This document shows positions 35,422 to 45,769 of a DNA stretch of 64,000 bases, piece after piece. The stretch lies in assembly GCA_051294905.1 (NCBI GenBank), contig CM119373.1, positions 35,278,001 to 35,342,000 on the forward strand, in the 5' to 3' direction. The stretch comes from Botryllus schlosseri (taxonomy: Eukaryota). The notes beneath the pieces were generated by a model that had not been told where the DNA came from, searched no databases, and worked only from the letters and a program-made list of their open reading frames with translations. The position numbers and the translations under genes are program-made. The first letter of the stretch is position 1. Every line of letters begins with the position of its first letter.

Positions 35422-35712
35422 ATGGATATTGTGAGCAGGTTGCCTGATGAAATGTGGACAAAGATTCTCGATTATCTCCCAGTACACGACCGTCTCGAAT
35501 GGGTGAAATACACAAACAAAAGATTTTTTCAGCTTGCTGGAGATGTCTCTGCTGTCCAAAATCTCGATTTTCGTGGATGTAGTTATGTGTCCAATAGCAT
35601 GTTTCAGAAAATACTCAATTGTTCAAAAGACAGTGTGAGATTTTTATCTTTCCGGGACTGCGCTTGGCTCTCGAATGAAATTTGCGCTTTTGGAGCATTG
35701 TGCAATTTGTAG
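35422..35712 (+). pseudogene. F-box-only truncated copy (96 codons; homology ends near codon 88)
   Basis: Intact leader (AG 35364-35365) and ATG. After RDCAWLSNEIC the sequence jumps to spacer DNA (ttttggagcattgtgcaatttgtagag). Confidence 0.85.
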
Positions 35713-35836
35713 AGATCTCATCTTGAAAACGCATCTGACTGAGTCATGGAAATTTATTCTTTCCACAAATGTAATACCGCGCTATAGATTAAATAATGCA
35801 CAAATTCTCCAATATTGTGTCACTCGAACACAACGG

Positions 35837-36950
35837 CAGGGGTGGGCAATTATTTTCCTCCACGGGCCAAACAAGAAAAATAAATACATTGGCGGGCTGA
35901 GTGAAAATTTTAGCTATATTCTCTGGCGTATGTTAATTTTATTTGCAAATTACATTGTTAATAAATGCGGCTCAGTGAATGTGTTGATATATTAGGTAAT
36001 GAGAAAGTGACAGTTCAAAATAGCTATTTGCTGTCATGATTCAAAACAATGTTGAACATGATACATTTTAGCTCCATGTTCCTCTATTAAGAATCTAAAA
36101 CAGTGGTTCTCAAAATTGTTTAGGCACACCTCCCTTAACGATAGCGAACAATTTGGCGCCCCCTTGTTATGATATCACAAAATATTAAAAAGTGCAACCA
36201 ACGGATAGTTTGATGGCATGAACGATTCTAGCTTTTGATGAGAGAATTGTGATATATCAATGTCGGACAATACACAGAGCAACAACTATAAGCTGGCTGT
36301 GTATCGCGCATAGCTTCGCCCTCCCTTGACCGAGTGTTTCGTGTTTTTGTCATAAGACTGACTTTAATTAAAATCCTTGATCTCGACGACATGCTCGGCA
36401 AAAACCGAAAGTACAGGTTTACCCCCGACTCCAGTATACGAATATTTAGTTCTCTAAATTCTTAGCCTAAACCTTTTTTGAATTTCAATTTTCGGCATGG
36501 CATCCTTTATGGGTAGTAGATATGATGACTCGTATAGTAATCGCAAGCACTGATTGACTTGTTTTACGAATTGGGATTTGGAAACATATCACGTAACAAA
36601 TTGGAACACATGCCATATAATGCGTAATGTGACAATGGCAACCAATAAGGTTTGCACTAAACTATATGGAAAGAGTGATTTTTGTGATTTCAATTGATTC
36701 TTATACTTTGCCACATTGCCTTTATTTTAAATCTGGATTACGCATGTCAGATACGTAGGCAGCGCAATCGTGGTATATTAATGAACAGGCTTCAAAGTAA
36801 ACGACTTTCCTGTTCATTTGATACAGCCTATGGCTTTAGTCATTCAAAATGCAAGTTTATTGTTTTGAATTCCAAGCAACACTTCACGGTCCGCACAAAT
36901 TGGCTTCGCGGGCCGCATTTGGCCCGCGGGCCGCACTTTGCCCAGCTCTG
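35837..36950. mobile_element. hAT (Buster/Charlie-like) non-autonomous element, with an internal second hAT left end at 36101
   Basis: TIRs CAGGGGTGGGCAA / TTGCCCAGCTCTG, GGGCCGCA subterminal repeats, flanks cacaacgg/gtcaacgg (last 6 nt identical), and internal CAGTGGTTCTCAA at 36101. Confidence 0.78.
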
Positions 36951-37389
36951 GTCAACGGGTTTCTGTATCTTCATTTGGTAAATTTGTACCAGCTCTTGTG
37001 TAATCTTTATGAGCTATTGAATCATTGCATCTCCTCAAAGCTGGGGTCGTAGCTGATATTTCTGTAAGGGTATGTTAATTATTTAGCTGCTAACTGCTAT
37101 TGGTATTATTTTTACTTCCATTGTAATATTCCAAATTCATAACCTAGATTACGGTACCGATTTTCACCTTGAGCAAAGGCGCAAGGCTGGGCACAAGGAT
37201 TTGAATACTTGAATCTGAATCCAGTAATAATACGGATGCAATCTAGTCGGGGTAGCAAGAGATGATGTTATTTCGAGTACTGAAATTCCACTATCCCTGC
37301 TATAATGTATTATTTTAGCAATGAATGTAAAGTTGATAGTAATTTCTAATGCTGAATGTTTGAAATCTCAATTATTTGTGTCACAGCAG

Positions 37390-37551
37390 TGTAATGTACT
37401 AACTTAAGACTTTATTCATGCGAACATAACAGAAGGTCCTGACGTGCAGGGCAACAGAAAACGAATGACTATCGTCGTTTACTCGACACAGTACAACACA
37501 ATTCAGTAATTGTAATCAAGTAATAATAATGTCCAATCACGATACACATCA
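37390..37551 (-). repeat. 3' LTR of the Gypsy element
   Basis: Identical to 41855-42016. Preceded on the minus strand by purine tract GAAAGAGGGGAGA (37552-37564). Confidence 0.96.
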
Positions 37552-37584
37552 TCTCCCCTCTTTCATCCGAAGCGTACTGTACAT

Positions 37585-40500
37585 TCACCCCGGGATATAA
37601 CGTTCAGGGCATCGTCGATTGCGCGAACTTCGACGTTGTGGATTGTGGTTAGCATCCATCTCCCACTTCTCTCCCTCCTCTGTGGTTGGCGAAACGTGAT
37701 CTATTCTCAGAAATCGTCGATTTCGCCACCATATCCGCCCGCTGCTCAGTTTAACCAAGTAATCCCGAAACTTACCAATGGCAACAATGATACCGCGATG
37801 ATGCCAACGTTTGGTGATCGGGTTTTGAATTCGAACGGAAGTTCCTATTTTGAATGGCGACAACGGATGTGCATCTCTATTATAATGATCCTCATTATAC
37901 GTCCTCACAGCCGCTGCTTTGGAATCACAATCTCGAGCTAGTTTATGCCACAATGGTGCAAACAGCTTGTGATGTGCCGGTAAACAGGTGCGAAGTGGGC
38001 GTCCGAAAAGAATTTGTGCCGGAGAACGTCCGTCCACTCTTGGTGTGTTTCTCCACTCTAGCAAACCTCGCTGAAATGAATCTGAAAAAATATCCCCATT
38101 GGGCGACGTTTTAGCCAAAAGATATTTCATGGACTTAACGGCAGCCTCCGCAAGACCATTTGATTGCGCGTAATGCGGCGTCGATACAACATGATTAACA
38201 CCCCATCGGTCCATGAATTTTCTGAAGTCATTCGAAGAGAATTGCGGTCCTCCGTCGCTTCGTAAACGCACTGGAACACCTGTGTCGGAAAAGAATTTGC
38301 GAATTACTCTGATTACCTGACGAGAGGTTGGATCCTTGTCCCATTCACAGATGCTCGGCCAACCGGAGTACCTATCGGTGTACACGAGGTATTTCTTTCC
38401 GCAATATGAAAAGAGGTCGGTTGAGACATCTTCGAAAACTCTGCTAGGAGATAGCTCAATTTCCATTGGCTCTTTTGGTAAACTTGGCAAATATTCCTGG
38501 CATCTCCCACATGACTGTACCACATTCTCTATGTCAGTGCTCATCCCTGGCCAGTATAAAGTTTGTCTCGCCCGCCTCTTCATTCTGACTATGCCTTGAT
38601 GAGCATCATGCAATCGTGCAAGCGCTTCTCCTTTAAATCCACACGGGACTACAATTCGTGCATTGTATAGAACCAAGCCATCGTCTATACTTAGATCATT
38701 CCGAATCTTCCAATACGGCTGCACGGCAATAGGTGCGTTTTCGCATTTAGCAGGGAACCCCTTTCGGATAATCTCGATTAATGACTGATAATTATTGTCA
38801 GTGAGTGCAACTTGTCTCATGCGCGATAAGACCGGGTCTTCTAGTGCGTTCAACGATCCACCCGCTTGCTCGCTTCTGAAAATTTGGCTCTTGATGGTGA
38901 GATGGCATGCCATGCAAGCGGCGTCATCTCTTTCCGCTGCTTGATCCTCTCTTGTTGGGTCTTGCACTGGCGCTCTTGACAATGCATCAGGAATGGCATG
39001 AAGTTTTCCTTTCCTCCATGACGTCGTAAATACAAATGCAGATAACTTCTCTTTCAGTCGCTGAAGTCGTGGGTTCTCGATGGAATCCAACGTTTGAGCA
39101 TTTAGAATGGAAACTAGCGGCTGATGGTCGACAACCACATCAAAATGCTGCAATCCTGTCAGAAATAGTTTGCATTTGCGTGCTGCCCACACAACTGCAA
39201 GAAGTTCTAGCTCCACCATTGCATATCGCGATTCTGTCTCACTTAGAAACCGGGAGCCGCATTGAACCAGTCTCCATGTGTCACCGTGCAACTGTAATAG
39301 AGCGTATCCCAAACCTCTTGTCCTGGATGCATCTGTTTGCAAACTCGCGGGCAACTTCGGATCGAATGTTGCTAATACAGGTGTATTAGTCAATGCTGCT
39401 TTCGTCTTCCGAAATGCGTCGGCCTGTACGCTGGACCAGATGAACTCATTTCTCGTTTTGAGTAGACAGCGAAGAGGCTCTGCCACTGTGCTGATCTCCT
39501 TCGAAAATTCCCCCAATTGATTCACCATTCCCATGAAGCTACGTAATTCTGTGATGTTGGTTGGAGCAGGAAATTCTGTAATCGCCTTCACTTTATCAGG
39601 ATCTACAGATATTCCGTCCTTGGATATAATGAATCCAACAAATTTGACTTCGCTTTTTGCGAATCTTGTCTTTTTACGGTTCAGCGTTATTTTATTTTCA
39701 CGACACCGCTGCAGCAAACTCCATACTCGATGGACGTGTGACTTGAAGTCTTCGGAATGAACGAGAATATCGTCAACGACTTTTGCGACATCCTGGAGCC
39801 CTCTCAGTGCTTCGTCCCCTCTGCGACAGTATTCATCTCCCGTTGAAACTAAGCCCATTGGTGCGCGCAGAAATTTGAATTTTCCCCAAGGAGTCATGAA
39901 CGTAGTGAGCAATTGAGAGTCCTTCTCTAGCGGGAGCTGCCAATATCCGTGTGTTGCATCAAACGTGCTCATGTACTTCGTGTTGTTCGGTATCTGCGCG
40001 ACAGCTTCCTTTGCTGTCACCAATGGGTATCCCGGACGTTTCACGAACTTGTTCAATTTGGTCAAGTCAACACATAAACGTATACCTCCACCGGGTTTCT
40101 GCACCAGTACCATCGGATGGCACCACTCTGTGGGCGAGGTGACCGGTTCGATAATACCCTTGACTATCATCTCGTCGATAAGTTTTTTCGCATCTTCCCT
40201 TTGAGGAAACGGAACCGCCCGTGCAGCGTGTATGGCATAGGCTTCAAAATTTTCTTTGACATGTATCTTCATATCAGCACCCGTCATAGGCGACAGCTTG
40301 ACATCGTTTGAAAAAACGTCTTCAAAATGCTGGAATATACGTTGCTCGATTCGACAGATCTCAGCCATGTCCGGTTCGGTAGGTATATCACCGATAACCT
40401 CACGTAACATGTCTCGTTTATCGGTAACTACTTGTTTAGCAATAGGTAATGGAGACGGATAATTTGCCGGAAGAATTCCCAACTCCTTGCAAACATACCA

Positions 40501-41802
40501 CGCAAGCATCGCTCCTTCGCAATCATTACAGATGAGAACTTCAAGAGTCACCTTTCTACCGCCGTATTCCATCTTCAAAACAACATATCCTACGCATTTC
40601 ATCGGTTGCAAATTTGCAGCGAGGACAGCGTCGCAAGGCGGCTTGGAATAATCAGCACGTTTCAATCCGATCGACATGATCCACTCTTCGCACGCGATTG
40701 AAATTCCCGCTCCACTGTCAGGCAACACGGCATGCCGTCCCAAATTACGATCTCGAACATCATACACAGTAATGAATACCGATGGTGGTGCTCTTCCAAC
40801 GACACGCCCCGATAGATTGTAGCATGTTATCACCATATTCTTCGGCAAGTTTGTTGCTTGGCACATTCGAGAGAAATGTCCACTCTTTCTACAAGAGAAG
40901 CATATTGCCTCTTCTGCTGGGCATCTAGCGGCTTCTGCATGAGGTAGCCCACAATTACGACATGTGTTCGCCTCTTTGCTCACTGGTTTCCTGCTCCTTA
41001 TGACTTTGCTCACAGTATGCCCATTCCATTCTGAACTTGCAGTCGCCAAGGCTTGGTCACCTATGGATGCCGATTCCATACTCCGACATATGTCCACAGC
41101 TTCCTTCAAACTGGGAAAGGATTTGGTTTGCATCAGACGTTTCCTCACTTCTCCTGATATGACGCCTGAAATAATGCGTGTTGTCAAACGCGTTTCAAAA
41201 CAATGCTTGCAAAGTTCGGAATTATTGGCAATCTTCCTCAGATCCATATAAAATGAGTCAAAGCTTTCGCCAACTCGTTGTTTGCGTTCTTCAAACTCCA
41301 CTCTATCAAGAGCAACATTCCGCTGATCTCTCAAGTATTTATAGATTCGTTCTAGAATATCTTTGACCGTTAGATCGGTTTGTTCGGAGTATTGTGGATA
41401 AATTACGTGGATAAGTGTGTCCAGTAATTTTGGGGAAAAGAATCCTTTAAGGTGGGATACTTGTTCGCCGTTCGGTAAACTCGTTAGTCTCATAACTGTT
41501 GCATAATCTGCCCATAATTGCTCCCATCCTCGAAAGTCTTTTATGTCAATATCTGCCTCAAGTCTTGGTGGTTTATTCGGAGACACGTGACTGGATGTTT
41601 TCTCCGAACGTTCCGAGTTAAGCTTAAGTTGCCCCAAAAGAGATGCAATGACATCTTTATGATCAGCTTCCATGCGCTGCAACACCTCTTTGTGGTGATC
41701 TTCCAATCTCTTCAACTCATCTTCCCTTTGTTTTTCGCGTTTCTCTGATTCCCCAATCAAGTGTTCGAGCAGTTCCTCCACTTGTTTTCCTCTCGTAGCC
41801 AT
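37585..41802 (-). CDS. Gag-Pol polyprotein, 1405 aa (Gag-PR-RT-RNaseH-IN)
   Basis: Knuckles CRNCGLPH..C and CFSCRKSGHFSRMC; protease LPDSGA; RT FDATHGYWQ and VVDDILV; RNase H TDAS...ELELLAV...DHQPL; integrase H-H-C-C, STDLF...SDGGPQF...NGLAE. The domain order is that of Ty3/Gypsy. Confidence 0.97.
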   Translation of the reverse strand: MATRGKQVEELLEHLIGESEKREKQREDELKRLEDHHKEVLQRMEADHKDVIASLLGQLKLNSERSEKTSSHVSPNKPPRLEADIDIKDFRGWEQLWADYATVMRLTSLPNGEQVSHLKGFFSPKLLDTLIHVIYPQYSEQTDLTVKDILERIYKYLRDQRNVALDRVEFEERKQRVGESFDSFYMDLRKIANNSELCKHCFETRLTTRIISGVISGEVRKRLMQTKSFPSLKEAVDICRSMESASIGDQALATASSEWNGHTVSKVIRSRKPVSKEANTCRNCGLPHAEAARCPAEEAICFSCRKSGHFSRMCQATNLPKNMVITCYNLSGRVVGRAPPSVFITVYDVRDRNLGRHAVLPDSGAGISIACEEWIMSIGLKRADYSKPPCDAVLAANLQPMKCVGYVVLKMEYGGRKVTLEVLICNDCEGAMLAWYVCKELGILPANYPSPLPIAKQVVTDKRDMLREVIGDIPTEPDMAEICRIEQRIFQHFEDVFSNDVKLSPMTGADMKIHVKENFEAYAIHAARAVPFPQREDAKKLIDEMIVKGIIEPVTSPTEWCHPMVLVQKPGGGIRLCVDLTKLNKFVKRPGYPLVTAKEAVAQIPNNTKYMSTFDATHGYWQLPLEKDSQLLTTFMTPWGKFKFLRAPMGLVSTGDEYCRRGDEALRGLQDVAKVVDDILVHSEDFKSHVHRVWSLLQRCRENKITLNRKKTRFAKSEVKFVGFIISKDGISVDPDKVKAITEFPAPTNITELRSFMGMVNQLGEFSKEISTVAEPLRCLLKTRNEFIWSSVQADAFRKTKAALTNTPVLATFDPKLPASLQTDASRTRGLGYALLQLHGDTWRLVQCGSRFLSETESRYAMVELELLAVVWAARKCKLFLTGLQHFDVVVDHQPLVSILNAQTLDSIENPRLQRLKEKLSAFVFTTSWRKGKLHAIPDALSRAPVQDPTREDQAAERDDAACMACHLTIKSQIFRSEQAGGSLNALEDPVLSRMRQVALTDNNYQSLIEIIRKGFPAKCENAPIAVQPYWKIRNDLSIDDGLVLYNARIVVPCGFKGEALARLHDAHQGIVRMKRRARQTLYWPGMSTDIENVVQSCGRCQEYLPSLPKEPMEIELSPSRVFEDVSTDLFSYCGKKYLVYTDRYSGWPSICEWDKDPTSRQVIRVIRKFFSDTGVPVRLRSDGGPQFSSNDFRKFMDRWGVNHVVSTPHYAQSNGLAEAAVKSMKYLLAKTSPNGDIFSDSFQRGLLEWRNTPRVDGRSPAQILFGRPLRTCLPAHHKLFAPLWHKLARDCDSKAAAVRTYNEDHYNRDAHPLSPFKIGTSVRIQNPITKRWHHRGIIVAIGKFRDYLVKLSSGRIWWRNRRFLRIDHVSPTTEEGEKWEMDANHNPQRRSSRNRRCPERYIPG

Positions 41803-41836
41803 CTATGATAATTTGTGTGGCCTTTCTTTTAAATAG

Positions 41837-41854
41837 ATCCTGCCGACAACGCCA
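41837..41854 (-). other. Primer-binding site, probably tRNA-Ser
   Basis: Minus-strand TGGCGTTGTCGGCAGGAT abuts the 5' LTR. The plus-strand ATCCTGCCGACAACGCCA matches the recalled 3' end of metazoan tRNA-Ser (ATCCTGCCGACTACG-CCA) at 17/18. Confidence 0.8.
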
Positions 41855-42016
41855 TGTAATGTACTAACTTAAGACTTTATTCATGCGAACATAACAGAAG
41901 GTCCTGACGTGCAGGGCAACAGAAAACGAATGACTATCGTCGTTTACTCGACACAGTACAACACAATTCAGTAATTGTAATCAAGTAATAATAATGTCCA
42001 ATCACGATACACATCA
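41855..42016 (-). repeat. 5' LTR of the Gypsy element
   Basis: Identical to 37390-37551, followed by TSD AGCAG. Confidence 0.96.
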
Positions 42017-42469
42017 AGCAGCATACCAAACGTTTAACATGTATTAGAAAGGTATAAAATGCCTTCATGTGGTGTCTAATTAGTATTACGGTACTGAACC
42101 GTATATACTTTACGATAGCATGAGAGGTTCATATTTAAACTTTCCACATCTTTCGTACTGCTGTAACGTCACAATGAATGAAGCTAGATTACTCGACTCA
42201 AACCCTAGTACTCGATTCACTCAAGTATTCGATTCTGGCTAGCCTTAGTACGAAATCAAGATGATTCTAAAAATGTATTAATCCAAAACACGTTTAGTTT
42301 TATAAATTGGGTTTTTGAATGTCTATGCTCATGAATTTGTACATGTTGATTTGGAGCATAGCTTTGGATTTCATGTTTATACTGCAAACCATCCAACTAG
42401 CCTTCTCTAAAAATCGGACCTCGTTTTTCTAATTCAAATTAGCGGTGCTCGATGTATCATTTCAATTGT

Positions 42470-42488
42470 ACCACCCTTCTATTTTCAG
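42470..42488 (+). promoter_or_regulatory. Representative conserved 3' splice acceptor (ACCCTTCTATTTTCAG) upstream of essentially every paralog
   Basis: Pyrimidine tract plus YAG found 15-56 nt before the ATG at 71, 4259, 8414, 11632, 16308, 21439, 32304, 35365, 42488, 45754, 55031 and 59293. Confidence 0.7.
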
Positions 42489-42532
42489 ATGATAGTGTCG
42501 AGTTGAAGCTTTTCATTTGACATGATTCAATA

Positions 42533-44425
42533 ATGGATATTGTGAGCAGCTTGCCAGATGAAATGTGGTTGAAGATTCTCGAATACCTTCCATTGCATGA
42601 CCGTTTTGAATGGGTCAAATTTACAAACAAAAGGTTTTTTCACCTTGCGGGAGACATATCTGCAGTCAAAGATCTCGATTTTCACGGATGTAGTTATCTT
42701 TCGAACGATCAGTTTTTGAAAATAATCAATCGTTCAAAGGACAGTGTGAGGTTTTTGTCCGTCCGGGACTGCGCTTGGTTCTCGGCTCAAATCTGCACCA
42801 CCATGCCGAGATTGAAAAATCTTGTTACACTGGATATATTGGGGTGTTTCTTGAGTAGTGAAACATTACACACTATACTTGGTGCCACATGCTCCCTAAA
42901 GAGATTGGCTCTATCCACTACGGAACTGGTCATGACAGATTTTTGTCTCTTGCAGTCAAAACGCGGAATGTCACTTCGAGTCTTGCATGTGGAATTGCTT
43001 CACGATCCCGAAACTTTCTATAGTAGCGAAAGCGAAACCATAACGGTGTTGAGTGATTTTATTAATACATGCTGTCATTCAAAACCGCACTGCGTTTCAG
43101 TCCAAACGTGGAAGTATTTATCTCGCAACGATTTTGAAAATATTATGATTGCGGCAAGTCCTGCGATTGATCGAGACTCCATCCAAACAGTGACGAGGGA
43201 AGCTTGTGATGAAACTTATCTAAATCGGATACTGATTGCCGTTGCTTTACATAGGGATGTGAGTTCTCTGTCGGTTGGTTGCTTAGATGAATCGCGGGTA
43301 CTCTGCCTTCCTATGCAGATGAGACATATGAATTTGCTCGCATCATGTTATTGTAAAGAAGAATACCTTCCTATTGCGCTACATGAGCTGGAGTATATTT
43401 TGTCTCGGGACGAAGATACTGATGATCCAGATTATGCTGAGGCAGATTTGTTAAACTCCCGGACCCCAAAACTGAGACATCTAAACTTGGGCAGACGACC
43501 TACTTGTTATTATGGTGTCGCCGAAGCATTCCCTCGTATATGCAAGAAATTACCAACTTTTACAAACCTTGTTGAGCTTAATGTGTGTGGACTGGATTTG
43601 CATGCTAACATGCTTCTATTAGCGATTATGGATATGAAACATTTGATTGGTTTGTCTTTTTCGCTCCATCTTCCTGTACAATGTGAGCCGGATCCAGAGC
43701 AGGACGTAATTAATTTTACAGCTGAGACGAGAGACGCCGATGAAAGTTGCAGATATTCGATATTTTTGTCGAAATTGGTGAAAAATTTCCCGGATTTGGA
43801 AAAGTTTGAAATGAAGTGTAGCATGGATGCCCGAAAATACGTTGCTGTCAGTGATTTGGAACCGGTTGGGATGCTGGGCAAACTTCACCGACTATCTCTA
43901 CACTGGTTTATTTTGGACGATGTAGATGGGCTTGCAAAGATCCTATCCAAATGCACAAAGATATCATCATTGGACCTTGGTCACTTTGAGACTGATGTTG
44001 CCTGTGATTTTTCAGAGTGTTTTGCTTCGTTACGCCATCTTATTTATCTACGACTCGCCCATGATGACTTGGAAGGTGTATCGAAATTTAACGATTTGCA
44101 CATGAGTAGCAATCTTCGAAGATTCACTTTTTATTCAGAGTGCGAATTGTCAGCAGCGTGGATCGGGTCGTTTCTGGGACCGGTCTTTGCAACCTGCGAT
44201 CTGTTTTGTATGTGCCATATCGAATGTGAAAATGGGGATACCGCGGTTGTGAAAAATGTCATTGCAACATACCGGGCTATTTTTGCATTGAAATACGGTA
44301 ACAGGGTGATATTGTCATGTAGTGATAATCGTATCAGCCAACATCCAGTGTGTCAAAGTTGGCAGGGACGCTCGTTCTCAACTGTTGCCACATGCAGCCC
44401 TTTTGACTTTGCAAAGACACCATGA
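42533..44425 (+). CDS. FBXL18-like: F-box/LRR protein (FBXL18-like), intact paralog, 630 aa
   Basis: Uninterrupted ORF; acceptor AG at 42487-42488. Confidence 0.92.
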   Translation: MDIVSSLPDEMWLKILEYLPLHDRFEWVKFTNKRFFHLAGDISAVKDLDFHGCSYLSNDQFLKIINRSKDSVRFLSVRDCAWFSAQICTTMPRLKNLVTLDILGCFLSSETLHTILGATCSLKRLALSTTELVMTDFCLLQSKRGMSLRVLHVELLHDPETFYSSESETITVLSDFINTCCHSKPHCVSVQTWKYLSRNDFENIMIAASPAIDRDSIQTVTREACDETYLNRILIAVALHRDVSSLSVGCLDESRVLCLPMQMRHMNLLASCYCKEEYLPIALHELEYILSRDEDTDDPDYAEADLLNSRTPKLRHLNLGRRPTCYYGVAEAFPRICKKLPTFTNLVELNVCGLDLHANMLLLAIMDMKHLIGLSFSLHLPVQCEPDPEQDVINFTAETRDADESCRYSIFLSKLVKNFPDLEKFEMKCSMDARKYVAVSDLEPVGMLGKLHRLSLHWFILDDVDGLAKILSKCTKISSLDLGHFETDVACDFSECFASLRHLIYLRLAHDDLEGVSKFNDLHMSSNLRRFTFYSECELSAAWIGSFLGPVFATCDLFCMCHIECENGDTAVVKNVIATYRAIFALKYGNRVILSCSDNRISQHPVCQSWQGRSFSTVATCSPFDFAKTP

Positions 44426-45261
44426 CTGTGGATGGTCCCATAAATTGACGTCATATTTCTGTTTAGAATTTTGTGTTTTCAGTTTTCATCTGAACTTTGA
44501 AATGAATATAAAACTGAATTCATTTACCGGTGCCTCTTTCAACTTATCCATGATGCTCAGGACCTCGGTCATGCGAGCTAACTTCCCACCATGTCAATTG
44601 TATGACATACTGTAGGTAGTTCGGAATTTAAGAAGGATCCAAAGTAAAGTAGGTTGTTCGATAGAAATATCTACACCCCTCCTGATATCACAAAACATGA
44701 TACCATGTCATCCACGTTGTCGATTTGAATTGAATTCCTGATGGTTGTGTTTACCTCCATGTCGTTATTTATTCCTGCATTAGTAGAAGATTTGAATTCT
44801 GTTGATCATAAGGTAATAATAATTGTATACAATATCAGCTATTGCGTTTGTACATATTGCTGTCTTGAGGAAGGCTTCTGTAGCCTAAGCGTACATTTGA
44901 CTTTCCGTTTTTTGTTTTACACACCTAAATGTCATTTCAGCTTTTATCTCGCACTATTGACATATTCAACACCGATTTTGTTATCAGATGAATATGGTAT
45001 AATATATTGGCATTTTCACTACCATAGCTGCAAATAATTTACTGCCATGCCATCATGTTGTATTTTTTCAGCACTGCTTTTGTTCCTCGATTAAATTTTT
45101 GGATTACACTTCTGGATTTAGTTCGTTTGTTGCCATTATTGTACATATGACTTGGCTTTGTTGCAATTCATACAAATGAACAGTTTTCAAGTTATCATCT
45201 GTATCGCCCTTCATTTTCAGATAATAGTTTTATAGTGTTAACTTGTTACGACACTTTCATC

Positions 45262-45542
45262 AGGCTGCAGCGTGCATCCAGTCATTTCTGGGACCTGTCG
45301 TTGCAACCTGCCATCTGTTATGTATGGGACCTATCGAATGTGAAAAGATTTTCGCGAATGTGAGAAAGGTCATGGCAAAATACCGGAATATTTGCAAAAC
45401 GAAGTATCGTAGCAGTGTGGTGTTGTCGTGGAAGGTGCAATGATTATCATCTCAGCCAATATCCAGTATGTCAATGTTGGCAATGAAGGTCATTTACAAC
45501 TGTGGCCATATACTAACCTTTTGACTTCTAAATATGCCTCGG
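45262..45542 (+). pseudogene. Collapsed leader + C-terminus relic (second copy)
   Basis: Same junction (ttcatcaggctgcagcgt) as 11156; acceptor AG at 45219-45220. Confidence 0.85.
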
Positions 45543-45769
45543 GTACAGATAATTGTATAATTGTAATTGTATAATTTGGGTTTTTGAATGACTATGCCCA
45601 AGAATTATTGTATGTTGATTTGGATTATAGCTTTGGATTTCATGCTGGGACTGCACACCATCGACCTATCCTTCTCCTAAAATCTCCCTTTTCCCCCAAT
45701 TCAAACAAGCGGTGCTCGATGTATCATTCGAATGGTATCCTATTCTATTTTCAGATGATAGTGTCAATA

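Larger units (their letters stand above)
37390..42016 (-). mobile_element. Full-length Ty3/Gypsy LTR retrotransposon (4627 bp), apparently intact
   Basis: 162-bp LTRs at 37390-37551 and 41855-42016 with no difference seen, TG...CA ends, 5-bp TSD AGCAG, PBS, PPT and a single gag-pol ORF. Confidence 0.97.

Noticed and set aside
37636-41748. Many short ORFs overlapping the gag-pol ORF on both strands
   Set aside because: They are alternative-frame or antisense by-products of the long retrotransposon ORF.
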